Below are positions 9,501-18,938 of a DNA stretch of 64,000 bases, in pieces. The position numbers were made by a program, and so were the translations under genes. The stretch lies in assembly GCA_040905565.1 (NCBI GenBank), contig JBBDRF010000021.1, positions 101,008 to 165,007 of the forward strand. Reading direction: 5' to 3'. The notes beneath the pieces were generated by a model, which saw only the letters and a program-made list of their open reading frames with translations, was not told the origin of the DNA and made no database searches. The DNA is from Phycisphaeraceae bacterium. Lineage in GTDB: Bacteria > Planctomycetota > Phycisphaerae > Phycisphaerales > Zrk34. The stretch's first letter is position 1. The number at the start of each line of letters is the position of its first letter.

Positions 9501-10621
9501 TTCTCGGAGATGTCCGATAGCGAAACCGCGACCGAGCCGTCCACACGCACGGCGATCGAGCGGACCCAGCCGCGAACGGTCTTGCTGTGAAACGAAACTT
9601 CAGTATCCGAGGAGATGCCGTTCTCGGCGACGCGCGCGTACTGGCTGAAAAGCAGTTGATTTTGAGGAGTTTGGGCGAGTGCATTCGTCCACAGCTGCCC
9701 ACGAAGCTGCTCGGGCTGCCGGTCCCAGAGACGGGCGGCGGCGGCGTTGGCGTGCTCCCATCGCATGTCCACGATCTTGCCCTGGTCACTGAAGACCGGC
9801 TCCAGAATTGCGAACGCGTCCAGTGAGAGGTTCTGCGCGATCCGGTAACGACGTTCGCTGGTGCGCAGCGCTTCCTCGGCCTTGCGGCGATCGGTGACAT
9901 CGACGACGACGCCGTGCATCAGATAGCCGCCGTCGGGAGTGGGGATGACACGCGTGAGATTGTGGACCCACAGGATCGTGCCGTCTTGCGCGATCAGGCG
10001 GAAGTCGATCTCGTAACCTTCGCCGGACTCGCGTGCCTTTTCGCAAAGCCGTTCCAGACGGGCTCGATCGTCGGGATGGACAACCTTTTCCATGATTTTG
10101 CTGCGTGGGTCGAGCCACTGCTCAAGCGGGTAGCCGAGCAGGTCGACGACTTGCGGACTGACGAATGAGAAGCCTTCGTCGAGTTGACCCTCCCAGAAAA
10201 TCAGATCCAGATCTTCGACCAGTTCGCGATAGCGTCTCGCGGCGGCCTGCACCGTTGTTTCCGGCAGTTCATGTCGATCGAATCGGCTGAGCAGACGACG
10301 GCGCCACCAGGCCACCATCGCGACGGAGGCCACGGTGGCGATGCTGAGCAAGGTGAGGTTCAGCAGCCAGTCGCCCGCCATGCCGTAGTAATAGGTGGCG
10401 TAGCTGAGGATGATGAAAGCGCTGACGATGCCAGTCCATAACCCGCCTGCGAGCGTGGCGAACAGCGCCACCGGCACCAGGAGCACGCCCGGCAGCCCGA
10501 CGCCGAATCTCGCGCGGACTAGCTCCAGAGCGCCGACGGCGACAAGGCTGCCCAACACGCCAACGATCGGCCCCAGGCGTCGCCAATTGGCCCTCTCCAC
10601 CATTTGATACCAACGATCCAA
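6563..10621 (-). CDS. membrane hybrid sensor kinase (TM, multiple PAS, GAF, HisKA_3, HATPase_c, REC)
   Basis: N-terminal TM helices; PAS motifs (HPDD, DITERK); GAF; H-box ERRRLAQTLHDHLQQ; ELLFNVVKHA, DRGRG, GFGL; C-terminal REC (LLADDH, DVVVMDITMP, YLPK). Confidence 0.92.
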   Translation of the reverse strand: MDRWYQMVERANWRRLGPIVGVLGSLVAVGALELVRARFGVGLPGVLLVPVALFATLAGGLWTGIVSAFIILSYATYYYGMAGDWLLNLTLLSIATVASVAMVAWWRRRLLSRFDRHELPETTVQAAARRYRELVEDLDLIFWEGQLDEGFSFVSPQVVDLLGYPLEQWLDPRSKIMEKVVHPDDRARLERLCEKARESGEGYEIDFRLIAQDGTILWVHNLTRVIPTPDGGYLMHGVVVDVTDRRKAEEALRTSERRYRIAQNLSLDAFAILEPVFSDQGKIVDMRWEHANAAAARLWDRQPEQLRGQLWTNALAQTPQNQLLFSQYARVAENGISSDTEVSFHSKTVRGWVRSIAVRVDGSVAVSLSDISEKRMVEQALRESEQRFRTLADSAPVLIWLAGPDKLCTYVNRAWLELTGRTFEQELGTGWLESLHPDDLPATMETVEEAKSQRRPFRCEFRIRRHDGEYRWLISQGAPRFSPDGTFTGYVGSCVDITERKHAEQQLERRLDQQETVVELGQTALASKPLMPLMQHAVEEVAKTLDVDYCKVLRYDEQAHHFVLTAAVGFPQEAIGSFTVDADVWNQAGYTLQSASPVIVDDLRSESRFSGPQVLFDQGIISGLSVIIPGENDRPYGIFGVHTRQLREFTTDDVNFVQAVAHVLATAIQRAHAEQALRFSEIRFRSMFDQAAVGIAHADPTGKFTAVNHRLCEMLGYTPGELRGRNFRDITYPGDLEADEHQAQRLIGGEIDHYTIEKRFVRTDGSLLWAELTCSAVRDSRGGMFAVGIISDISSRKQAQEELNLLNETLEERVTQRTAEADDRAAQLSRSEHALREQKQVLQSILDSIGEGIVVADNEGRFVVWNPAARRLVGEPEDMSPAQWIDHYHLTKPDGTAYTPEELPLARAIQGDSIDDADVLVEIPGEPIRWLSVSTRPLLDPAGNVRGGVAILHDATERRVAEKKLRDYQLQLRALASELTLTEQRERRRLAQTLHDHLQQILVAAQLRIGLVRTRSDAPPLLDSLEQVSELINEAIDASRSLTLELSPPILYDAGLVPATHWLSRQMEAKHDLHVEVETNFEEEHLPEDVRILLFQAVRELLFNVVKHAGSLWARVKLEMQPQGALNVIVEDRGRGVNLEQVPEGGGTETGFGLFSIRERLEIIGGAMHIESVEGEGTRITLTTPPAANRPAPARSPDDPEPEGKRRASAGKRHSDDGTHDQTTIRVLLADDHKVLRDGLASLLGEQPDIEIVAEAVDGQEAVELTQQVQPDVVVMDITMPRMNGVEATRQIMRQMPHVRVIGLSMHDKESMAEEMREAGAVAYLPKGGPADMLVQAIRDAVPAPPATPRSR

Positions 10622-10750
10622 TCGAACCCTCCCGGAATCGATTTCCCGAACGCAATGATGTCCACAAAGTATATGGCGCAGGGCCCTTGAATGGGGGATC
10701 GCCTGCGAACGGTTGCTTCGCTGGGAGGGGAGGTGAGCAAGACGCAGGCC

Positions 10751-12082
10751 TCAACTCAGCATGATGAACGCCCATCCCGCAGCCGTTCCCAGCAGAAGCC
10801 ACGGCACGCAGGCGACCTCGCGGAGCGGATGATTCAGCGATTCCTGACGCAGGCCTCGCATCATCAGGGGCCAGCCCGCGAACTCCGCAAGTGCAACCGC
10901 CCACACAGCGCCGGGTAATTCCCCTGTCATCCAGCCGAGGGGAACTCCTACGAACAGGCACCCCGCCTTCGCCGCCGATGCCGACGCTGCGTACTGAGGC
11001 TTACCCAGCGCCATCAGGCACACCGCCGAAGGTGGAAGCAGGCAGTAGGCGACCAGCCTGAGGGAGAGGACCTGCAGCATCCAGCCGGCTTCGATGTAGC
11101 GGGGATCGTAGAGCAGGGCGACGACCCGGTCGCCAGCGGTCATCAGAAAGCCCGCCACGGGCAGAACCAGTGCGTCGAGCCGGTCGCGCGCACGCCGATA
11201 CGCCCCGCTCAGCCGCTCCGGATTGTCGCGGGCGACGCGGCTGAAGGCGGGCATCAACACGCTGTGCGAAATCTGCGAGACCGCTTTGCCGGCCGCTTCG
11301 CTGAGCATGTACGCGATGGCATAGAGGCCGAGCGTTCCGGCTGTGACGTACAGGCCCAGCAGCAAACGGTCAGCCTGGGCGGCGAGGAACGCCATCGCCG
11401 TTGATAGCATGATCCACTTGCCGAAGCTAAGCAGTTCGCCGACGGCGGCGCGATCCCAGCGGAAATGAATCGGCGTCTCCCATAGGAACGTGTGGCTGAA
11501 GACGGCCATCGCTGCGGTGGCGACCACGCCTCCGACCACGAGCGCCCAGACGGTCTGGTAGCGCCAGGCGATGACGATCATCACAAGCAGCCCGAGGGCC
11601 TGTGCGGTGACGCGGGCCGCCATGAGTCCGCCCATCGCCAGCCGACGATGACGCAGCAGGACGGCGGTGCTGTTAAGGCTGACCAACAACGCCGTGAGCC
11701 CCGCCACGGGCAGCAACTGCGCGAGCATCGGCTGGCCGTAGAGTTGTGCAAGCGGCCAGGCGATCACGCAGGAGACCAGCCAGAGGACGCAACCCCGCAT
11801 CACCTGCAACGTCCACGCTGTGTTCAGCAATGCTTCGTCGGTGCGGGAACTGCGGATGACGCCGGGCTTGATGCCCAGATCGCTGAACATCTCCAGACCC
11901 TGCACGAAGGCGTTGACCAGCGCCATCAGCCCGAACGCCTCGGGGAACAGCAGCCGTGCGAGGACCAGATTGCCGCCCAGCCTCAGCGCCTGTTGCAGCG
12001 CGTAGCCGAGGCCGACCCAGGCCGAGCCGCGCAGCGTGAGCGCACGCAAGGACAGCGTTGATGTGGTTGGCTGACGGCTCAT
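10751..12082 (-). CDS. wzx: Wzx-type oligosaccharide flippase
   Basis: Polytopic membrane protein with LARLLFPEAFGL, FSDLGI and ADRLLLG...LGLYAIAY motifs of polysaccharide-export MOP flippases. Confidence 0.88.
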   Translation of the reverse strand: MSRQPTTSTLSLRALTLRGSAWVGLGYALQQALRLGGNLVLARLLFPEAFGLMALVNAFVQGLEMFSDLGIKPGVIRSSRTDEALLNTAWTLQVMRGCVLWLVSCVIAWPLAQLYGQPMLAQLLPVAGLTALLVSLNSTAVLLRHRRLAMGGLMAARVTAQALGLLVMIVIAWRYQTVWALVVGGVVATAAMAVFSHTFLWETPIHFRWDRAAVGELLSFGKWIMLSTAMAFLAAQADRLLLGLYVTAGTLGLYAIAYMLSEAAGKAVSQISHSVLMPAFSRVARDNPERLSGAYRRARDRLDALVLPVAGFLMTAGDRVVALLYDPRYIEAGWMLQVLSLRLVAYCLLPPSAVCLMALGKPQYAASASAAKAGCLFVGVPLGWMTGELPGAVWAVALAEFAGWPLMMRGLRQESLNHPLREVACVPWLLLGTAAGWAFIMLS

Positions 12083-12215
12083 CCCCCTTCGCCTCCCCCG
12101 AGTGTTGATGGTAGCCTTGCGTTGCGTCGCGCGTTGTGCCGGCGTGCACCGTTCACGGCGAACGCTATGATGGCCGCTGGTTATCGAGGGCGGATCAGAC
12201 GGAGTTCACAACACG

Positions 12216-13205
12216 ATGATCGACTGGAAATCTTTGCATGGCGACGCCTTCGCAGGCCGCCGCGTCCTCGTCACCGGCGGGGCGGGGTTCATCGGCTCGC
12301 ACCTGTGCGAAGCGCTGATCGAACTCGATGCCCAGGTGGTCGCCCTCGACGATCTCTCAGGCGGCAGCTGGGATAACCTCGCAGCGTTCGGGGATCAGGT
12401 CGAGCAGATCACGGCCTCGGTTCTGGATACACAGCAGTTGGCCGAAGCCGTGCAGTCGTGCACTTACGTCTTTCATCAGGCGGCGCTCGGCTCCGTGCCC
12501 GCAAGCGTGGAACACCCGCGGCATTACTATCAGGTGAACGTACAGGGAACGCTGGAGGTGCTCGATGCCGCCCGGGCCGCAGGCGTGAAGCGGGTCATGT
12601 TCGCCGCCTCATCCAGCGCCTACGGCAACCCGCCGGACACCGGCCCGAAAAGCGAAGACCTGCCCCCGCTGCCGCAGAGCCCCTACGCCGCCACCAAGCT
12701 CGCCGGTGAACACACGTTGCGAACCTGGTTTCACAGTTACGGGCTCGACGGCGTCAGCCTGCGTTACTTCAACATCTTCGGGCCACGGCAGAGCCCCGAT
12801 TCGGCGTACGCCGCCGTCATCGCCGCCTTCGCGTCCGCCCTGCACCAGAATCGCAGGCCAACGATCTTCGGCGACGGCACCCAGACGCGCGACTTTACCT
12901 ATGTCGCCAATGCCGTCCACGCCAATCTGCTGGCGGCGGCCCACCCGCAGCCCCTCCAGGGCCGGGTCCTGAACGTCGCAGCGGGCCAGCGCGTCTCGCT
13001 GAATCAGCTCTACCACGAGATGGCAGCCCTGTTCAATCGCCCTGATCTGGCCCCGGAATATCACCCGGCTCGGGCCGGCGACATCGCCCATTCCCAAGCC
13101 GATCTCACCCGCACGCGGCAGGCCCTTGGGTATGAGCCGCAAATCTCGTTCTCGCAAGGTCTTGAAGAGACGGTCGCGTGGTATCAGCAGCACCTGCTTC
13201 GGTAG
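12216..13205 (+). CDS. NAD-dependent epimerase/dehydratase (WbpP-like UDP-GlcNAc 4-epimerase SDR)
   Basis: TGGAGFIGSHL, HQAALGSVPAS, SPYAATK (YxxxK), LRYFNIFGPRQ. Confidence 0.88.
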   Translation: MIDWKSLHGDAFAGRRVLVTGGAGFIGSHLCEALIELDAQVVALDDLSGGSWDNLAAFGDQVEQITASVLDTQQLAEAVQSCTYVFHQAALGSVPASVEHPRHYYQVNVQGTLEVLDAARAAGVKRVMFAASSSAYGNPPDTGPKSEDLPPLPQSPYAATKLAGEHTLRTWFHSYGLDGVSLRYFNIFGPRQSPDSAYAAVIAAFASALHQNRRPTIFGDGTQTRDFTYVANAVHANLLAAAHPQPLQGRVLNVAAGQRVSLNQLYHEMAALFNRPDLAPEYHPARAGDIAHSQADLTRTRQALGYEPQISFSQGLEETVAWYQQHLLR

Positions 13206-13319
13206 TGATACATCAGGAGCCGGTTTGTCAGCAGCCGGTGCGTCGCCAAACCGGTTTGCGACCATCCCGCCCCGGCTCGGGGACGAGTGGGTCCTTGCGT
13301 ATTATGACAACCTTTTGCT

Positions 13320-13348
13320 TTGACACCGGCTCCTGACGGGAGTAGCAT
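13320..13348 (+). promoter_or_regulatory. sigma70-type promoter for the prepilin gene
   Basis: TTGACA-17 bp-TAGCAT, ending 45 bp upstream of ATG 13394. Confidence 0.65.
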
Positions 13349-13393
13349 CAAAGTGGTGAATACTGCATTTCTCGACGTTTATCCGGTCAGAAA

Positions 13394-14272
13394 ATGAGGA
13401 GCAGCACGATGAATCTTACGTTCCACCGATCAACCGCTCGGGGCTTTTCGCTCATAGAGCTGCTAACTGTGGTGCTGATTATCGCGCTGCTTGCAGGCAT
13501 CCTCCTACCCACGCTCAACTATGCCCGCGAACGGGCGCAGAGTGCTGCGAAAATGGCGCAACTCCGCGCCATCGGCACCGCCGCCGACAGCTACCACATG
13601 TCGTTCAATGCCTATCCCGGCTACTACGCCGACGGCGATCTGCTGCAGTCTGGTGATGCGGCTGACGTCAACGCGAACCAGAACCTGGTGCTTTCGCTGA
13701 TGGGTGGTGTCGATCCCGACGGGACGATCAATCCAGACTCTTTCGGAACGGGTCCGCGGACGATGGCGGGTCAGCGTTACGACGCGTTCTACTCCCCGTC
13801 ACCCGAAGAGTTGATGATGGACGCTAACAGTTGGGAACTCGGACCCGGCGGGCTGGATCCCGACGTCCCCATGATCGTCGACCCCGTCAGCGGCGCGCCG
13901 ATCTTCTACAGCCGCGTGAATCCTCAAGGCAACGAACCGGTCACGGAATGGCCGACCGGCGGTGGTCAGGTCGCCTACGGCCCCTACGCCGGCGGTGCGT
14001 TCCCGCAGCGGCATTCAGGTGCGCCGACGCTGCTCAACGCGAACACGATGGCGATGGTGCTCGTGAATGAAAAAATGAGCCCGTTCACCGACGAAGGTCA
14101 GGATCTTGCAGACTGGAACCTTCCGGAGAATGTCATCACCGGCGGCTACGTCCTCATGGCACCCAACCGCAACGGGGTTTTCCTCGAGCAAAGCAGCCCC
14201 GATGTGACGCTTGAAGGCAAGGAGGATCTCACCGAGTTCCGCGACGTCTTCGTCGTCGGCGGGTCACGCTAA
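13394..14272 (+). CDS. prepilin-type N-terminal cleavage/methylation domain protein (type IV pilin/T2SS pseudopilin-like)
   Basis: Class III signal RG|FSLIELLTVVLIIALLAGILLP with Glu+5. Confidence 0.88.
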   Translation: MRSSTMNLTFHRSTARGFSLIELLTVVLIIALLAGILLPTLNYARERAQSAAKMAQLRAIGTAADSYHMSFNAYPGYYADGDLLQSGDAADVNANQNLVLSLMGGVDPDGTINPDSFGTGPRTMAGQRYDAFYSPSPEELMMDANSWELGPGGLDPDVPMIVDPVSGAPIFYSRVNPQGNEPVTEWPTGGGQVAYGPYAGGAFPQRHSGAPTLLNANTMAMVLVNEKMSPFTDEGQDLADWNLPENVITGGYVLMAPNRNGVFLEQSSPDVTLEGKEDLTEFRDVFVVGGSR

Positions 14273-14334
14273 ATTGTTGGATTGAAAAGTGAGGGGTCAG
14301 CGTGGGGACAAGGTGGGGGGGGGGAGCATCGCGC

Positions 14335-15372
14335 ATGCGTTTGTTGGTCGTGATCGTCAATTACCGTACAGCTGATCTCACGATCGACTGTCTCGATTCC
14401 TTGGCTGACGAGATGACCGCGCTTGCCGGGCAGGCGCGGGTGGTGGTGACCGATAACGCCTCGGGCGATGAGTCGGTTCCCCGCATCACGCAGGCGCTTA
14501 ACGAGCGCAACTGGGACTGGGTGACTTTCGAACCGCTTGCCCACAACGGCGGCTTCTCCTACGGCAACAACGTGCCGATCCGTCAGGATCTGGTGAGTGA
14601 AGACCCCGCTGACTTCTACCTGCTGCTGAATCCCGACACGCTGGTCAGGCCCGGCGCCTTTACTGCACTGCTGACCTTCATGGCGGAGCATCCAGACGTC
14701 GGCGTCGCGGGCAGTCTGCTGGAATTCCCAGACGGCTCACCTCAGCCGACGCTTCACCGGGCCCCTACGCCCTGGCGTGCGCTGGATGATGGCGCTCGGA
14801 TCGGTGTGCTGTCGCGTGTGCTCGGCAATCGCTGCTTCCCGATCATTGCGGAGAACGGGACCCAGCCGTGCGAGTGGGTCTCCGGCGCGAGCATGATGGT
14901 CCGCCGCCAGGTTTTTGAGCAGGTGGGACTTCTGGACGAAGGCTACTTCCTCTATTTCGATGAGGTCGATTTCTGCATGCGCGTGCAGCAGGCGGGCTGG
15001 AAGATTTTCTGCGTGGTCGAGTCTCGCGTGATGCACCTTGAAGGCGTGTCGACAGGCATCGGCGAAGCGCGAAAACGCCGGGCTCGCTACTGGTACGAGA
15101 GTCGACGCCGATTCCTGCTCAAGTTCTACGGCATCAAGGGGCTGATCATGGCGGATACGCTGTGGTTCGCCGGGAAGATGCTTTCGGTCGTCCGCCGAAT
15201 GGGCTGGCCCCTGGGCGATCCGACCCACTTCGTCCGTGACCTGATCGGCGGCGATCTGCGGGCGCTGTCCAACGGAGAGGCACGCAGCCTCGCCTACGGT
15301 GGGGAGGCGGCCGTCGAGGGCACGGATGTTGCAGAGCGTACGCGTCCCGAGCAATCACAAGCGAACCTTTGA
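14335..15372 (+). CDS. GT2 family glycosyltransferase
   Basis: VVIVNY, DNASGD, NGGFSYGNN, LLLNPD, GASMMVR, YFLYFDEVDFC. Confidence 0.9.
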   Translation: MRLLVVIVNYRTADLTIDCLDSLADEMTALAGQARVVVTDNASGDESVPRITQALNERNWDWVTFEPLAHNGGFSYGNNVPIRQDLVSEDPADFYLLLNPDTLVRPGAFTALLTFMAEHPDVGVAGSLLEFPDGSPQPTLHRAPTPWRALDDGARIGVLSRVLGNRCFPIIAENGTQPCEWVSGASMMVRRQVFEQVGLLDEGYFLYFDEVDFCMRVQQAGWKIFCVVESRVMHLEGVSTGIGEARKRRARYWYESRRRFLLKFYGIKGLIMADTLWFAGKMLSVVRRMGWPLGDPTHFVRDLIGGDLRALSNGEARSLAYGGEAAVEGTDVAERTRPEQSQANL

Positions 15373-15381
15373 GGATGCACT

Positions 15382-16443
15382 TTGTCAGAAACCCGCGAAC
15401 AACCTGCAACAGCGGGCGGCGAGCACGAGGCCACCCCCAGCAAGGCGACGTATCGACTGGGCATCGTTGCCATCGGCCGTAACGAGGGCGATCGGCTCAA
15501 GCGTTGCCTGGCGTCGCTGCAGCGCGAGGGGCAGCCGGTGGTCTATGTTGATTCAGGCTCGACCGACGGCAGCGTCGAACATGCGCGGCACGTCGGCGCC
15601 GAGGTGGTGGAACTGGATATGTCGACGCCGTTCACCGCCGCCCGCGCCCGCAATGCCGGGTACCAGCGTCTGCTGAGCAAATTCGGCACGCTGGATTTTG
15701 TGCAGTTTGTCGACGGCGATTGCGAAATGGCTCCGCAGTGGATGGCTACTGCCGTGGCCACCTTCGATGAGCAGCCGGATTTGGCCATCGTGTTCGGTCG
15801 GCTCCGCGAACTCAAGCCCGACGAAACCATCTACAACCGCCTCGCCGATATGGAGTGGGACACGCCGATCGGCCGGGTGCAGGACTGCGGAGGCATCTTC
15901 ATGATCCGCAGCGGCGTCTTTCGTGATGTCGAGCAGTTCAACGAACGCATCATCGCCGGCGAAGAACCTGAACTCTGCGCCCGAATCCGACGCCAGGATT
16001 GGAAGATCCTGCACCTCGGTGACGACATGGGCTGGCACGACGCGGCGACGACACACTTCTCGCAATGGTGGAAACGCGCCATCCGAGGCGGCCATGCCTT
16101 TATGGAAGGCTACATGCACCACCGGGGAACGCCCGAAAGCTACGGCGGGAAATCCGTCCGCAGCAACTTCGCCTGGGGCCTGATCCTGCCGCTGTTCATC
16201 CTCGCGACGGCCTATCCGACCGGCGGGTACAGCCTGATCCTGCTGCTGGCCTACCCAGCGCTCGCGGCAAAAATCACGCTCTACCGCATGAGAAGTCACG
16301 CCAACCCACTGCGCCAAGCGCTGCTGTACGGCCTGTTCACGACGCTCGGCAAATTCCCCGGTGCACTCGGACAGATCAAGTTCTGGGTCAATCGCCTCAG
16401 CGGGAAGCAGACGCGTATCATCGAATACAAAACGGCCGGCTGA
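15382..16443 (+). CDS. GT2 family glycosyltransferase with C-terminal TM helices
   Basis: IGRNEG, VDSGSTDGS, AARARNAG, FVDGD, GEEPELC. Confidence 0.9.
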   Translation: MSETREQPATAGGEHEATPSKATYRLGIVAIGRNEGDRLKRCLASLQREGQPVVYVDSGSTDGSVEHARHVGAEVVELDMSTPFTAARARNAGYQRLLSKFGTLDFVQFVDGDCEMAPQWMATAVATFDEQPDLAIVFGRLRELKPDETIYNRLADMEWDTPIGRVQDCGGIFMIRSGVFRDVEQFNERIIAGEEPELCARIRRQDWKILHLGDDMGWHDAATTHFSQWWKRAIRGGHAFMEGYMHHRGTPESYGGKSVRSNFAWGLILPLFILATAYPTGGYSLILLLAYPALAAKITLYRMRSHANPLRQALLYGLFTTLGKFPGALGQIKFWVNRLSGKQTRIIEYKTAG

Positions 16444-16511
16444 AGTCCGACTGCGTAAGCTTTTACCGAAGCGACGCACTTATTGAAACGCCATGGCAGG
16501 GGGGGCCCGCC

Positions 16512-17864
16512 TTGAATCGTGACGCATCGCCACAGCAATCGCAGCGCGCCGCCGACGCACAGCCACTGCGGGTCGGCTACTTGGTGAATCAGTATCCGGC
16601 GATCAGTCATACCTTCATCCGCCGCGAAATCGCCGCGCTTGAGCGGCACAACGTCACGGTCCAACGCTACTCAATTCGGCCCAGCGACGCCGGTGGCAAC
16701 GCGTTCCCCGATCCGCGTGATGAACGGGAACAGCAGATCACACGAAGCATTCTCAGCGGCGGCCTGAAAAGCCTTGCCGTGGCACTGCTACGCGAGGCGG
16801 CCAGCAATACGCGGCGGATGAGCCGGGCGTTGGCGCTGACGTGGCGGGTGTGGCGGAAATCGAAGCTTTCGCTGCCGCTTCACCTGGCGTACCTCGCGGA
16901 GGCTTGCGTGCTGCATCGGTGGACGGCGGAGGAGAATCTCGACCATGTGCATGCGCACTTTGCGACCAATTCCGCAACCGTTGCAATGTTTTGCCAGGAG
17001 CTGGGCGGACCGCCTTACAGCTTCACCGTACACGGGCCGGAGGAGTTCGACCGGGCTGTGATTCTCGCGATGGATGACAAGATCGCCCGGTCGGCGTTCG
17101 TCGTGGCGATCACCCACTACTGCCGCTCGCAGCTGATGCGTTGGTGTGCGCTGGAGCATTGGGACAAGCTGAAATTGATCCGGTGCGGTCTGGCGGAGGA
17201 CTTCCTAGAAGCGCAGCCGCAGCCGATACCTGAGCGTCGACGCTTGATCTCCGTCGGGCGACTGTGCGAGCAGAAGGCACCGCTGGTTCTCGTCGAAGCG
17301 GCGGGGCGGTTGGCAGCGGACGGGCTTGACTTCGAGCTGGTTCTCATCGGCGGCGGCGAGCTGCGAGCGGTGGTGGAACGCCGCATCGCCGAACTGCACC
17401 TCAACGACCACGTGAAGCTGACGGGCTGGGCCTCCAACGCGATCATCCCCCAGGCCATCTGCGATGCGCGGGCGCTCGTTCTGCCGAGCTTCGCTGAGGG
17501 ATTGCCCGCCGTAATGATGGAAGCCTTCGCCTTGGGCCGACCGGTCATTACGACTTACATCGCAGGCCATCCCGAACTGGTTCAGCCGGGCGCAAACGGG
17601 TGGCTCGTTCCGGCAGGCTCGGTCGACGAACTGGCGCAGGCGATGCGGGAGGCACTCGAAGCCCCCGTCGAACGCCTGGAGCAGATGGGCCAGTCGGGGC
17701 GCGAGCGTGTGCGTCGCCTTCACGATGCCAGGCAGTCGACCGCCCAGCTGGCGGTGGAGATCCGCGAGAGCCTGAATCATCGTTCGCCTTCGCCGACGCG
17801 CCTCGGCGCAACGCCGGGCGGATCTCGGGAGGCGCCGCCCGCGACGGCGGAAGTTTCCCGGTGA
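16512..17864 (+). CDS. GT4 family glycosyltransferase (WcaL-like)
   Basis: YLVNQYPAISHTFIRREI, HVHAHFA, VGRLCEQK, EGLPAVMMEA (ExxxxxxxE). TTG start at 16512 after a G-rich RBS. Confidence 0.88.
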   Translation: MNRDASPQQSQRAADAQPLRVGYLVNQYPAISHTFIRREIAALERHNVTVQRYSIRPSDAGGNAFPDPRDEREQQITRSILSGGLKSLAVALLREAASNTRRMSRALALTWRVWRKSKLSLPLHLAYLAEACVLHRWTAEENLDHVHAHFATNSATVAMFCQELGGPPYSFTVHGPEEFDRAVILAMDDKIARSAFVVAITHYCRSQLMRWCALEHWDKLKLIRCGLAEDFLEAQPQPIPERRRLISVGRLCEQKAPLVLVEAAGRLAADGLDFELVLIGGGELRAVVERRIAELHLNDHVKLTGWASNAIIPQAICDARALVLPSFAEGLPAVMMEAFALGRPVITTYIAGHPELVQPGANGWLVPAGSVDELAQAMREALEAPVERLEQMGQSGRERVRRLHDARQSTAQLAVEIRESLNHRSPSPTRLGATPGGSREAPPATAEVSR

Positions 17865-17926
17865 TGCTGCGGGCGATCGCCCCGGTTTCGCCCTCACCTG
17901 TTTTGTTTACCCTTGATGACGCTTTC

Positions 17927-18907
17927 ATGATCATCTCGCAGACACCATATCGAGTCAGTTTCGCCGGCGGAGGAACCGACCTGCCGGCGTTCTACCGCGA
18001 AGAGTTCGGGGCGGTGCTTAGCATGACGATCGCGCAGCACATCTACGTCACGATCCACGGCCGCTTTCAGCCTTCGCTGCGTGTGAGCTATTCACAGACG
18101 GAAACAGTCGACCGCGCGGCCGACCTTCAGCATGAGCTGGTACGCGAAGCACTGGAAATGATGCAGCTGGACGTGCCACTGGAGATCACGACGATCGGCG
18201 ACGTGCCGGCAGGGACCGGCATGGGATCAAGCAGCACGCTTACCGCCGGTCTGCTGCATGCGATGCACGCCTACAGCGGCCGCGTGGTCGATCGCAAAAG
18301 GCTCGCCGAGGAGGCCTGCCGCATTGAAATCGACGTGCTCAAGAAGCCGATCGGCAAGCAGGATCAGTACGCGGCCGCGTTCGGCGGGCTCAACTACATC
18401 CGCTTCAATCCCGACGACACCGTCGAAGTGGAGCCGGTGCCCGTGCGGCGGGAAACGATGGGTGCCCTCGAAAAGCACATGCTGCTGCTGAGCACGGATC
18501 AGCAGCGCGACGCGAACGTGATCCTCAAACGGCAATCCGACGGCACCGCCGACCGCGTGAAGGTGCTTCGCAAGATGCGCGAGCTGGCCGACCGTATGCG
18601 CGAGCCTCTGACGGGGGTGGGGGATCTCCCTGCCTTCGGGCGGATGCTTCATGAAGCGTGGGAGCTTAAGCGGTCGCTCGGCTTCGGCATCTCCAACCAG
18701 CGCGTGGACGAGTGGTACGAAGCAGCCCGTCGTGCCGGTGCCTGGGGTGGGAAACTGCTCGGGGCAGGAGGGGGGGGGTTCCTGTTGGTCATGGCTCCTC
18801 CGGAAAGACACGATGCAATCCGCGAAGCTGTGGGCAGGCCTCGCGAGCTTGCGTTTGCCGCCGATCGTATCGGAAGTCGTATCGTTTTCGTCAGCGAGCG
18901 TCACTGA
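17927..18907 (+). CDS. hddA: D-glycero-alpha-D-manno-heptose-7-phosphate kinase (GHMP kinase)
   Basis: MIISQTPYRVSFAGGGTD, PAGTGMGSSS, IGKQDQYAAAFGG, GGKLLGAGGGGF; adjacent to gmhA and hddC. Confidence 0.85.
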   Translation: MIISQTPYRVSFAGGGTDLPAFYREEFGAVLSMTIAQHIYVTIHGRFQPSLRVSYSQTETVDRAADLQHELVREALEMMQLDVPLEITTIGDVPAGTGMGSSSTLTAGLLHAMHAYSGRVVDRKRLAEEACRIEIDVLKKPIGKQDQYAAAFGGLNYIRFNPDDTVEVEPVPVRRETMGALEKHMLLLSTDQQRDANVILKRQSDGTADRVKVLRKMRELADRMREPLTGVGDLPAFGRMLHEAWELKRSLGFGISNQRVDEWYEAARRAGAWGGKLLGAGGGGFLLVMAPPERHDAIREAVGRPRELAFAADRIGSRIVFVSERH

Positions 18908-18938
18908 CGCGTGGACAGAACAAATCAGGGGGAATCGG

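Noticed and set aside
16065..16511. Long N-terminal extensions of the GT4, HddA, GmhA and exosortase ORFs in the track
   Set aside because: They overlap upstream genes in other frames; family motifs begin at the later starts used.
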